Part shown: positions 53,210 through 64,000 of the stretch, piece after piece
How the letters are laid out: the number at the start of each line of letters is the position of its first letter
Numbering within the stretch: position 1 is the first letter of the stretch
Translations under genes and position numbers: made by a program
The notes under the pieces: model-generated
The model's database searches: none
Told to the model about the DNA's origin: nothing
The model's input: only the letters and a program-made list of their open reading frames with translations
DNA from: Raillietiella orientalis
Taxonomy: Eukaryota
Direction of reading: 5' to 3'
Assembly (NCBI GenBank): GCA_036172245.1
Contig: JAYWIR010000004.1
Span: forward strand, 3,162,001 to 3,226,000
Length of the DNA: 64,000 nucleotides

Positions 53210-53990
53210 AAAGGTCACGCACGATAAATGCGTCAAGTAGATCAAACTCCAATGATGGCTTCGAAGAAAGCAAAATCAGGATGAATCTCAGACAGAAAGA
53301 TCTCAGAAACAGGCCGCGTGGTAACGGTGGTCTCCGCACGTGGCACCATGCGTCGTGGGTTCGAATACACTCTGAAAGGAATCGACACAGTGCGGCATGG
53401 GTTCCGAATTTACCCCACAAGATGATGCTGGTTGGCCTACATTCATCTGGGTGCGGCACTGGCAGCGGTTGAAACCGGATACCCCCCTGATGAGGGCCGG
53501 GACAAATGGGAGTCGACCTCCGGGTGTTCCAGGAATCACTGAGTGGGAGCTCCCCTCCAATTGTGAAGGAGCGGACCCCCCATTCCGGGAGGAACCCCTC
53601 TGCGTCGTACTGATGGGGTAGGTGTGTCGTCACTACCTCTCGAGAGAGTGCGAGCCGATCCCTTCGGGGAAGCTGAGCCCTTCCCAATTTCATAAGCGTC
53701 CCTTCTGGGTTCTCTTCAGAGGAGTAAAAACAGGAGCGGATCCCTTGAGAGGGATCCCTTCGGAGAAGAAATTCCAGGATCGGATCCCTTCCGGATTCCC
53801 TTCAGAGAAGAAAAACTGGAGCAGACCCCTCCAAGGGTCTCTTCGGAAAGAATAAGGAAAGAGATTCCCTTCTGGATTCCCTTTCGGAGACAATCAGGGT
53901 GGAGCTGATCTCCATTTCCGGAGATCCCTCCCCAGGCGTGAGAGGAACGGACTCCAAGTCCTTTCTGGATTCATAGGGCGAAATGAGAAA
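53210..53990 (+). mobile_element. ORF1-like fragment plus ~81-86-bp tandem repeat of the same family as 21050-21750
   Basis: PQDDAGWPTFIWVRHWQRLKP vs SQDDADWPVRVRQCWKP. The DNA cgtcccttctgggttctcttcagaggag matches the reverse complement of ~21205-21232. Confidence 0.55.
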
Positions 53991-53999
53991 ATGCAGGTT

Positions 54000-56900
54000 T
54001 GGCAAAGATCACGCTACTCATTAGTATAATTCGAGGATCCATTGATCTGTTGTGCAACACCCAACCAGCCTCATTCCCCAAGAAAAAGGAAAAGGCGAAA
54101 GTGAAAAGAAACACAACGTTTTGTTCTCACTCTTGTTTTTGATTTTTTTCGTCAGGAAATGAGAAAAAAATCCTTTTCGGCATTTCGTGGGTGGCAATTG
54201 AAACCAGTGGAGAAACTTTAGACTTGTCAGCAACAATTTGGGAGAATATCCACTAACTCTACAGAATATTCTCCCAGACTCTCTTGGAAATGGAAGAGGA
54301 ATCCGATGTCAAGTGGTATCTCAAGACTACACCATTTCCTTTTGAGTACAAACTTCATAAGCAAGTGAAATTGAACTCATCATGTCGTAAACGGTCATGA
54401 ATATTTAGCAATCCTGCCTGACGGTATAAGCTTGACAAGTGGCAAAGTCTTAATTCTGAAAAAGCATGCTTTGTGTAAATTACGGATTTGGTTTCGCATC
54501 GAAAGTCACCAGGAAACTTCCCCTTTTCACACACTTCGAAGGTGGGAATGTTTTAAGGAAGGGCAGGAACAAGCAGATGTGTTCTTGCAGAAGAAAATCG
54601 AACTCAAACTTAGTTTGCATTGCGGTTAAGGGAAGACGAGTTCCTGGATGAAAATCGTGACTTTGATCGGAATGGGTGGAAATGCAGTTCAATCTACCAT
54701 CTAAGATGATTCGACTTACCGAACTGCAGGTCAGATCTGATAGAATTCGGATTTCGCTTGCTTTGCCCTTGCTGTAATGTGGCGATCTTTCCTTTTTTTT
54801 TTTCTTTTTTCTCCCTGCTTGGCGTGCACGTAACTTCTCGATCCTTGAGAGCAGGAACTGAATTTTCCTTCCTCCGATGACGAGTCACTCGAAACAAGTC
54901 GAATTCCTCTGAAAGCTTAGTTCCGTTCATTTTGCGAACGGCACTTTTTTGCTCGTTCTGCTTTTCAATATTGTGCAGCTTCGACAGTCAGACGTAAAGG
55001 CTGACCTAGGTGACAGAAAATAATAATAACAGAGATGAACAAATGCAATGAAATGATGATTTTATCATGGAGTAATGCAATTTTGATTACATTGGATTTC
55101 GTTACCCTGTTGAGAGCTGCTTGTTCAAAATAGTTCAAGGTGATGATTGAATGCTCCCGTGAGAAGAAATCCTTCCAAGTTTGTCTTTGAACGTTCGAAT
55201 GGATGTCTAACAAAAAGAGGAAGTGCAACTTTTGTGAGCATCTTAAGTTTATGAGTTTTAGAAGACGGCTTCTTAACGGTGCATTATGTTGTGCACACAT
55301 GCCATTTTTTTCCGAGCAAAACATCTCTTCTGGTGACCAAGAACTGAAGAACGAAAACAGTGATGTTTTTTTATTTTTCCTTTCTCTCTGATTCATCAGG
55401 AAATAGAATATTGTATTTAGAAGGCAAAGTGTAACGAGGACTCTGCAGATCAGCTGGAGTCCAGACATGAGATGCAAAAGTGCAAGCGGACGGGACCACT
55501 GTTGCTATGTACTTACGAAAGTTCAAAAAGAAAAAAGTCTGTTGTGTGCCATTCTGGAAGGGAAAAGAAGAGTTCAGTCTCATACGACACAATATTTTCA
55601 AGAGCAGAGATGTTGACAAAGACTCACTAGATCTACTGGCTATCTCTACAATTCGCGTGCTTATCAGAATGGTCTGAGGATGGAATGCATGGCACTTGGG
55701 CATTCCAGTCGGAATCGGATTTCCTGATAGAATTCGCACTACAAAAACAAGAGGATTCATTTTCAATTTCTTAGGAACATGCTGCTCATAAAGTCAGCAT
55801 CCCAAGTATCTTATGGGAAATAAAGGCACAGGTTTAATCAGTTCAAAGAAAACTTCGAATCAAAGAAAACACGCAGCAATCTGATGCACTTCCTGCGAGA
55901 GGTATGTCGCCCGGCGACATACCTCTCAGAAAAAATGTATGAAAAGAAAAGTAGAGAGAATTTTTCCATGTCCTGAAGGTTCCACTAGGAGAGGGGGGAA
56001 CGTCCTAAGTTTTGTTAGAGGATTGCTTTCAATACGATCTGCAGGTCCGATCTCGATGCAATGAATAACCCAATTCTTCAGAAAATAATTCGTAGATCAG
56101 TGAATTACTGATAGGAAGGAAGCTTGTTTAAAATTTTCCTTAATGGATTCCTCTAGACGTGAAAGTTTCAGAAATCAAGCTGTTTACTAAAACAATTCGT
56201 CACGAGGACACAAACTGAGTTTTATTTGATTTCTCGTATTTGAGAAGAGCAGTCTGGTAACTGAAAAAAGCACCCCCGCATGCATACCTTACAGAGAAAA
56301 CTCTAGAAATTGTCCACTTTCAGCGAGATAGCAGCTTCCGTCAAAAGCCACTAGTAGCTTTTCATCTAGACGGACGCAATTTGATAACAAGAGTTCCTTT
56401 TGAAATTGTGCTCTAAGATGATGAGGTGCTGTTTAGCAGGTTACGTGCAAAGGATTGATCTTCCTTATTCGTGTTCAAATGCACTCAGTTCCTTTTTTCA
56501 CAATTTGAATGTTCTCGAAGAATAGCTTCACCTGCTTTAGTTTATGTTGGATTACCTGATATTTTAAGTTTCTAACATTTTGGGTTTCACTAACATTTCA
56601 CCAAGTTCACAGACATGCAGTCGTGGAGGCTTTCAGAAGACTTGCGGAATATTCTCTCGAATCCTCTGAGAAATGGAAGCGGAATCTGATATCATTTGCT
56701 GTTTCTAACAGAATACATCATATCATTCTTTGTACAAGTTCCATAAGAGATGAAACCCCGAACCCATAGTGGACTGTTGTGACCGAAAAAACAATCTGTG
56801 TCTCTCCTGATTCTTCGGGAAAATCATGTTCGGGTACAACTGCAATGAGCTTAGAAGAACATTAAGAACTTGCAGGTTCCGCTGGAATATTCGGCAATAA

Positions 56901-58918
56901 GTTTCTTTGTAACGGAATTTTCGTTAGTTATTGACTTGTAAGAAACGTGATCACGGTGAAATTTGGGCAACAGATACACGGGAATAGGATCATTGGTGTC
57001 AAAAATGGGCTTTGAAACTTGGGTTCAAAAGTTCCCAGAAACCGACCGCAGATCTGCGCAGACGCATTCCATCGATGAGTCTTTCTTGGTTGAGCTTCAC
57101 ATTCTAGCTGCGGTACTGCATATCTGAAATGCGGTTGGAAAACTGTTTTTGTAGAGACATTTGTGCAAGAGTTTTCTGCAACTGCAGAAGAGCACTCGAA
57201 TCATTCCTACTACCTCTACTCACCTAAACTGAATATATGCTTCTGTTTGTAAGGAGCTCATTCTCATGGACAAGTGGTTCTTCTGTTCAGTAGTTGCAAC
57301 TGTGGCCATTAGAACTAACGTCTCCTGAAAAAAATGTGGAATTTTGTTTCGGGTACTGAAGTAGAAAAATGAAAGAGCCCAAGTGAACTACATGATGAGT
57401 GATCTCGCTTTGTGTTACCAGCAGTGTGCCGAAAGACGTTGCTATTTGCCGTGACTATTCGCTCTTTCAAAGACAGTGTTATCGGAAAACGTGGAAGATG
57501 GCTGAATTTCATTGACTTTTGACATTCTTTGCTATCGAATTCGAATAAGGTTCCCCATGCTTCCATATTGCCGATTCTCGTGGGGGGGGGGGCAAAAAAG
57601 TAAGCGCTTAATGCCGACAGATTAATAAGTTACCGATCCGTCCATTAAGTCAAGTCTTGGAGAAAATTCCTTTTGCCATATGCTTTCTGATTTCGAATGC
57701 AACTCAGCCATCATTTCCGGAGTGAAACATTTCGGATAATTTTCCCTGGCTCTGAAACATCCGTTCTCGGCGAACAAAACGAAAGGTATTCTTTCCTGCA
57801 GGCTACGTGCGTCTCTTTAAAACTTCTCTTCTGAATCGAAATCAACTTCACCTGAGTTACAAACACAGGAAAGCATGAAAAAGCTGTCCATAGAATTTCG
57901 GAGTCAATTTTCCAGTTATTCATTCAAGTAGTTCTGAGACTATTGTCTTGAGAGAGAGCTCCATGATGCTCTTCTAGTTTGCATTGCATCATCTGATTTG
58001 CAGATATCCAGAAGCAATGAGTTTCCCAGTGGTTTCCCAAGAACATACGATACAGTTTTCTAAAAGAAAGAAAGGGAAAAATCACCTATTTTCGAAGAAA
58101 CTAGTCAACGTATTAAATGAAAGAGATACCTATTGAATCTTCATAACTTTGTGTTTGTGCTCTCTTCGAAGAAAATCCTCCTACGAACTTGAACTTGAAT
58201 TTCAAAACAAAACGGCCTTAATGCGAGAAGCATTTGGACGAGCAATCTGAAAAGTTTTCAGCGGTCCATTTTCTGCTAGAATTTCCACTTTTCCTCGATG
58301 CATTTTTGCAGTTCAGCGTATCATCTTATTGAAGAAGCTTTTCGTAAATCAACTTTCACAGTGCGACGAAAAACTTCTAATGATCTCATGACTCGTATGA
58401 TGCAACTCAAGTTTCATTTGGGATGAAAACGGAAGTTAAGAACAAATACTGGTCTTCCCTAGAAGTTGAAGAACTAAAGTGGCAACTTTATTTCTTCCAT
58501 CCATGCCTGGTACCCTTCTTCGTCATACTGTATTCTTCATATAGTTATACAAAACTTCATCAAAGCACTTGACATGTGCCATATTCTCCAGGAAAGTCAA
58601 TGCTGTAGTCCTTTGTAAATTTTTTTTCTTTTATGCCATAGTTCTTAACCCTTCGAGCTAAATGAAGAAACTCACTATTGTATCCAAACTGGACATTCTT
58701 AGACATATCTTCAATACCTTCACAGGACTTTCGCTTTGTGCCTGAAATTCTTAATCACTTCTTCCCCATTCTGGGATCGACCGACCTTTATTAACATGAG
58801 ATCATGGAAAAAAGATTGAACAGTTTTATTTTCCACTTTTCTTTCCATCTTTTAAACTCCTCCTTCATTCCATGGGTCTACTCCCTTCAATGGATTCTTC
58901 AGTGAGAAGCCAGGGAAC
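54000..58918 (-). mobile_element. Nest of decayed LINE fragments
   Basis: Two mutually homologous segments (~54262-54380 and ~56646-56770), a PLS-like RT remnant (~55990) and a KG..GM-like remnant (~58510); no intact ORF. Confidence 0.35.
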
Positions 58919-59492
58919 AGATGAAGCGGGACTTGATTATATCGAGAATACGGACGAGCTCTAAGAGGGGAAGAAATATATGGTGATATTCCTGGAAAAA
59001 AGCGTAAAAGAGTAATACCAAGTCTCATTAGTAATAGACAAATGAAAAATGGCTCTTCTTGCCTATAATTGAGGGGTTAAGCAAATTTATAATACATCCC
59101 ATTTGTCTTCCCAATAACAAAGGTTGGTATAAGCATAATAGGTGGATGGATTGAAAAGAAGTTCATTGCACCAACAACTTTCAGGGAAGGATGTAACAAG
59201 GAAGTATTTAATACGTGGTTAGAGCAGATATTATTGCCACAGTTGCAGCGTGGTATAAGATAACTATAGTTATGGATAATGCTACATTTCACAAGACCAC
59301 TAAAACAAAGTCATTAATAGAGTCTTTTGGCTGCCATTTCCTCTATCTTCCAACATATTCATCAGATTTGAATCTATAGAACACTGTGGGCATACCATCA
59401 AAAGTCGCCTCAGACCTCTAATGCAACAATACACAGCTTTTAGTTGGTAATACTATAATTGATATTTATCATTCATTTTAGAAAGTACTATA
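58919..59492 (+). mobile_element. Bacterial IS630-family transposase pseudogene, 3' half with terminal end (Wolbachia-type)
   Basis: DDE triad: DEAG...YREYGRALRGEEIYGDIPGKKRKRV|SIIGG...VFNTWLEQILLP...IVMDNATFHK...LYLPTYSSDLNxIEH. Several frameshifts; ends ...TTTTAGAAAGTACTATA. Confidence 0.88.
59016..59129. mobile_element. 114-bp MITE-like insertion inside the IS630 ORF
   Basis: Termini TACCAA...TTGGTA within imperfect ~30-bp inverted repeats (shared AGACAAATG/CATTTGTCT). Flanked by TAA at 59013-59015 and 59130-59132; removal restores AGA GTA AGC ATA (RVSI). Confidence 0.8.
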
Positions 59493-59570
59493 GCCATAAA
59501 TATTAAGAAATTTACCAGGCGAAAAAAAGGCAAAAGAAGCCCCGTGGTAGCTAGTTATTTACTTTCCATA
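59493..59570 (+). repeat. Probable Wolbachia dispersed intergenic repeat
   Basis: GCCATAAATATTAAGAAATTTACC...AAAAAAGGCAAAAGAAGCCC...TAGCTAG resembles, from memory, a repeat common in Wolbachia genomes; not verified by search. Confidence 0.45.
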
Positions 59571-59579
59571 AGATGGTAC

Positions 59580-59619
59580 AAGCCTCCACCTTCTAGGTGG
59601 AGAAACTTTAGTTTGTCAA
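59580..59619 (+). mobile_element. IS200/IS605-family right-end relic
   Basis: AAGC-CTCCACCT-tct-AGGTGGAG hairpin (59584-59602) followed by TCAA at 59616-59619, the subterminal hairpin plus tetranucleotide layout of IS200/IS605 right ends. Confidence 0.5.
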
Positions 59620-59642
59620 TGTCATAACTGTACTTTATAAAG

Positions 59643-60134
59643 TATAGATATTTAGGTGGAGAGCAGGCAAGTGTTATGCCGATTCCACTCATCAACATAA
59701 TTAATGGCGGAGTACATGCGGACAATAAACTCGATTTTCAAGAATTTATGATTCTCCCTGTTGGAGATGAAACTTTCAGTGAAGCGATCAGAATGTCTGC
59801 AGAGGTGTTTCATAATTTGCGCGGCATTCTCAAGAAAAAGGGTTACAGCACAAACGTAGGTGATGAAGGTGGTTTTGCATCGAATATCGAAGGCACCGAA
59901 GAAGCTCTTAATCTGATAATTCAGGCTGTAGAGTCTGCTGGTTATTCAGTGCAAAATCATTTTGCGCTAGGTCTTGACGTTGCTTCATCTACTTTTTATG
60001 AAGATAAAATTTACAAATTTGAAAATAGAGAGCTTACTTCAGAAGAATTGGCTCAACACTATTGCGATCTTGTGAAAAAATATCCTATAATTATCCATAG
60101 AAGATGCAATGAGTGAAGATGATCACGCAGGTTG
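59643..60134 (+). pseudogene. eno: Bacterial enolase internal fragment (Wolbachia/Rickettsiales-type), truncated at both ends and frameshifted
   Basis: [39 protein letters not shown]...TNVGDEGGF...[12 protein letters not shown]...KYPII, then +1 nt at ~60093, then [13 protein letters not shown]. No introns; bacterial-type short loop after DVAS. Confidence 0.92.
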
Positions 60135-60549
60135 ATTCAATTGATGTTGACTACTTTGGTGTTGACTGTTGCTACGTTATCCAGAGAGTAGTGTTATAAA
60201 AATGCATAAGAGAATGAGGGATGCTGGAGCTGTTGTAGTGAAGGCAATTGTCAACAAGAAAAATAAATTGCCAGCACAACTCCTCTTTCATTCCAGTCGT
60301 ACGTCGTCGTCAAAATTCGTACAAATAGTGGAAGATTGCGTACACTTGTCACTGTTGCTGATAGCTGAGAAAGAAAGGATAAATAGCATAATCTCCCAAG
60401 GTAGCATTTAAATCTGTATGGATCAAAAAAGGGAATAAACGCACTTAAGTAGAAAGAAATTAAGGAAAATAAAAGTAAAACATTGATATTGCCAAAGACA
60501 ATGGACAGAAGAAATATATGGAAACCGTTGCGCGGGCAACTCCTAACCA
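60135..60549 (+). pseudogene. Unidentified decayed gene fragment, possibly endosymbiont ankyrin-type
   Basis: 80-codon open stretch (60169-60411), then a frameshifted GINAL...NKSKT-DIAKDNGQ resembling the end of an ankyrin repeat; joined directly to the enolase break. Confidence 0.3.
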
Positions 60550-60595
60550 AACACTACCTAATATATGGATCTTTATCCATATATTAGGTAGTGTT
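60550..60595. repeat. Perfect inverted repeat, 21-bp arms, 4-nt loop
   Basis: AACACTACCTAATATATGGAT-cttt-ATCCATATATTAGGTAGTGTT. Confidence 0.95.
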
Positions 60596-61199
60596 CTCCA
60601 AATCTTCAAAACGCTTTGCAAGAGCTTAAAAATCAGTTAAAGTTAACACCAAAATTCATTTGGCAGTGCTAACTTTCAGGAAACGGAAGGAAGTGTTCAA
60701 CAAAAAGAGACAACCGTCCATTCCACAAATTTCTGGACCTACAAACAACATGCATGAGATAAACCTAGAAGCATTTTATAATCTACTCAGGGAATTAATT
60801 CACTCACAATAATCACTTCGAAAAATCAGTTTTACTTGAAAAAAAGAAAGTAGGATGAATATAGTGATTTAAAAAAAAAAATCTGAATTTCAAAACATAA
60901 ATGCATGCGACCATCTAAATATTCAGGTCGGTATTTTGAAATAGAACTTCATCAAAATCACTCACAAATTACTGCCACAAAACCATAAAGCTCGGAAAAA
61001 GTTTTACTGAAAAGAACGGAGCAACCACCTTTCTTACGTTCCAGCAGCAAACTTCTTCTCTGCAATCCATTACTATAAGAAACTTGTAAGTGAAGTGAAA
61101 TCAATTAATCAAGCTTGATGCAGGGTGTGTTTTGCTGCTGTAAAAGTTCCTTGATGATGAGCAATCTTCCGATGATACATCGGTTTTCCCCAGTCCGAC

Positions 61200-62480
61200 T
61201 TGCGGCGGGATGAATTTATTTTCAATTTTCATTCATGGATGCGCTTGTCAATGCCATTGGTTTTCACTGTTTTTCACTTTCAGGGTGGGTCTTTGGGCAT
61301 CCAGTCATTGAGTTCGCGTGGGGAATTCACTCACTTGACAATGTTCCTGAATCCTTCGCAGGATGTAACAGTACGTCCAAGTGGGAAGGCGTCCACAGCT
61401 TCTAATCCCAATTTCCCTCTTCACTAATCCTTTGAGGATTTCCACAGCTGGCACACTGTTTATTCCGATCCGCATTTTTGCTCTTCTCACCACGATGCTC
61501 GTGATAAAGAGGGCGATGGTGATGCGGACCGTTGGGTTGTGTCGGGGAACGTTGCCCTTCCCTTCAAACATCCCTGCCAGGATCTCCATCTTGTCCATCC
61601 TCTGCAGGCCTGTCACCTCCTTCAGCTTGGCCGAGTCCTGGCGCAGCGCCGGGCAGGTGAGCACGTGGAGTTGGGTTTCCCTGGCTTCACAGTTCTTGCA
61701 CATCTCGTCTTGAGCGTTCCCTGACCAGTGCCTCGTCCTCGTGACACTCAGGATGCCTCCGTGATAAAACATCAGGAGGTCATCTTGAGTGTCGGGTGGT
61801 AACTCGCTCGTCCAGACCGTGGTTCCAACAGCCAGCAGGCTCACCTGTCGGCATCCGTAGTGGCTGGCGGCCTCAGGCAGAGCGTCGTCCTCGTCGGGAT
61901 TCATCGCTATAGCTCGCTGAAAATTTGCAAGTGATCAGGCGCCAGCAGTTGGATTCCTGATTTGTCCAGAGCTCTCAATATTTGTGGATAAATCTTCCCA
62001 TCATCTTCTTGGTGAGGCAGAATAGTCGCATTTTAGGGCGGTCGCCACTGATTGCGAACTGCTCGCAGGCATTTATGGTTATCCTTGGTCTTTCGGAAAT
62101 CCACTTCCTGGTGTCCCAAGGGACGCGCAGGAAGCACGGGATGATCTTGGCCAGTTCCTCTCTCCAAGTTTGCTTACTTCTAGCCACTATTTTGGTGGGT
62201 GTTCAGTGCCTGCTTGCGCTCTCAAGTGGGATCGATGTTTCCCCACTGCCCTTGTTTGCCTATTTGGGCAGACATCCAGCCTCTCGAATTGTGGAGTAGC
62301 TGCGAGTGGGCTTTGTGCGCCACATAAAGCCACTCGTCCATCCCATTTGGTGGCAAGATCCAGAATTTGTCGCACGTCCTGCAGATCCATGGATTGCTCG
62401 AGAGATTTCATCCCGGTCCCCCCCTTGTCTCGAGGTCGGCACAGCAGTCTTAGCCTGCCCCGCGGTTTAAACTCCATGAA
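61200..62480 (-). mobile_element. 5'-truncated L1/Tx1-like LINE, 3' part of ORF2
   Basis: LLCRPRDKGGTGM (post-RT motif) and CCHC knuckle CKNCEARETQLHVLTCP in a 199-aa ORF (61904-61305). GC-rich against AT-rich flanks; AATAAA on the minus strand at 61216-61221. Confidence 0.75.
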
Positions 62481-63670
62481 ACATCAGTTTTGCAAGCATA
62501 TGTTTAAATGCTATAAGGTCCTCCAAAGTGTCCCCTAAGAAAGTATGAGTCTCTATAGCAATATGCATCATGTAACATAGGTATACGTAATTGAAGAGTA
62601 TTTATTCAAAAATACTATATGACACCTAATATAATGAATATAAATATATCTTAGAATGAGAAAGTAGAGTACACTTTTTGATCTGAATGCTATAAATGTA
62701 CAGAATATTATATGTTTAAGAGACTTTAGAAGACATGTGTTGCAAAAATATGATTTTACGTTGGCTCAGTTGGCTTAACAGGGAAGAAAATTTGATACAT
62801 CAAATCATTTATTGATGAATGAATTTTCTTCAAGAATTTTTTAAAATAAAAATACAGGAAAGTCAAGTCAGATTATTTATTCTTGCTTGCTTTTTTCCTT
62901 CGAGTCAAAAAATGTACTTTCCACAAAGGGGGATTAAGAGTTCATGGACTGTGTAAAATATAACTAGTATGAAGGAAATATAGTCATGAATGTTAATCAT
63001 TATCCCTGAACTGTTAGTAGCAGCCTTCTTATGTGATTTCATGTATTGCAAAGTACAAGAAAGTGTTCGAATAGCAAATATTAATAATAGTCTCGTGGTG
63101 AAAATGGTGCCTGGTTTCATTCGCTATAATAATTTGAGTCGATATGGTTGTAAAACATTGCTAATATGCCAGCAGTTAGAGCTGCACTTATCTTGGAATG
63201 CAGTGAACAGTTTTGTTTTCAGGTTTTTCTACTAGTTCAAAGAGGACGAAGGTTTCAAAATCGAGCGAGTTATTCTGCTATAACCAATCGATAAATAAGA
63301 AAAAGGAAAAGTCGAGGTCTTTTGAGGTGGCGAATCACTCCAAGAGAATTGTTCGACGATCCAAACTCCACCAAAAATGAAGCCGTGCACCTCCACTAAG
63401 GGACTCTGAATGCCACTCTGTGGTAATATGAGCCACTCAGCATGGGCATTTAAGTTCTCGACTTTCATTAGGATGTCGCAGAATCATCTTCTTTGTTTCC
63501 ACTTTTTCTATGTTCCACCTTGGAAACATAATAACATTACATAATTATCAACCTGAGCAAGGCGTGTATATATCATATTTGCATTTGTTCCTTTTCCTAC
63601 GGTGTTATTCTTTCGAAACATTTCCGACTTTTTTTCCTGAGAATGCATGATGAAGGCTAAGGCTAGAACT

Positions 63671-63830
63671 CTATTTCGTCTCGTGTGTGATAGATCTTGG
63701 ATGAATTTTCCGTTTCCAGTAGTGATAATAATGATAGTAACCAGTAAATTCATGCCAGTTATCAAATGTCCATATTGATTTCTGTGTAAGTGGGAGATTT
63801 GGGTGCAAGAAATACAGATGTTCCCCACGC
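63671..63830 (-). CDS. Possible terminal exon of a gene continuing beyond the window
   Basis: Acceptor atatag at 63831, then RGEHLYFLHPNLPLTQKSIWTFDNWHEFTGYYHYYHYWKRKIHPRSITHETK*. No homology recognised, and another frame is also open. Confidence 0.15.
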
Positions 63831-64000
63831 CTATATTGAAATTTCTTCGATCGCGTTTTCGATGAAATTAAATGTAAATATGACTGAGGAACAAATGAAA
63901 AATTATGCCTGTAATATAAATAATGGAAAAAATTAATGATTTATAAACATGCGCTATTATCAGTGTACATGTCATTCTTCAGAGAGGTTCACTTGCTAAT

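Noticed and set aside
59676..60116. 146-aa ORF as a functional host enolase gene
   Set aside because: It is an internal fragment: homology extends upstream of the ATG, it frameshifts at ~60093, and it lacks both termini.
61150..61215. Self-cleaving ribozyme at the LINE 3' end (CCGATG-ata-CATCGG hairpin)
   Set aside because: No hammerhead CUGANGA/GAAA core or HDV pseudoknot could be built.

Overview
AT-rich eukaryotic (invertebrate animal, probably arthropod-like; not certain) nuclear DNA, with many very short GT-AG introns of about 38-54 nt. Five conserved intron-containing genes can be rebuilt by hand: SPO11 (-, 2516-14986, 5' exon not found), RRM2 (-), PDCD6/ALG-2 (+), EXOSC6/MTR3 (-) and CMTR1 (+). 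A possible orphan gene lies at about 1.3-2.1 kb. Two blocks (about 16-30 kb and 51-62.5 kb) are nests of decayed L1/Tx1-like non-LTR retrotransposons. The most notable item is a ~1.6 kb bacterial, Wolbachia-like mosaic insertion (58919-60549). It contains an IS630 transposase pseudogene interrupted by a 114-bp MITE with a TAA target duplication, an IS200/IS605-type end, a frameshifted enolase fragment and another gene fragment, and it ends at a perfect 21-bp-arm palindrome. Other oddities are a 1173-bp tandem duplication of the CMTR1 first coding exon, a candidate alternative terminal exon of SPO11, PDCD6 and EXOSC6 stop codons only 26 nt apart, and TTCGG (UUCG-hairpin) repeat arrays in two copies of one retroelement family. 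All homology calls come from motif recognition by eye; no searches were run. I see no convincing wholly new multi-gene system.
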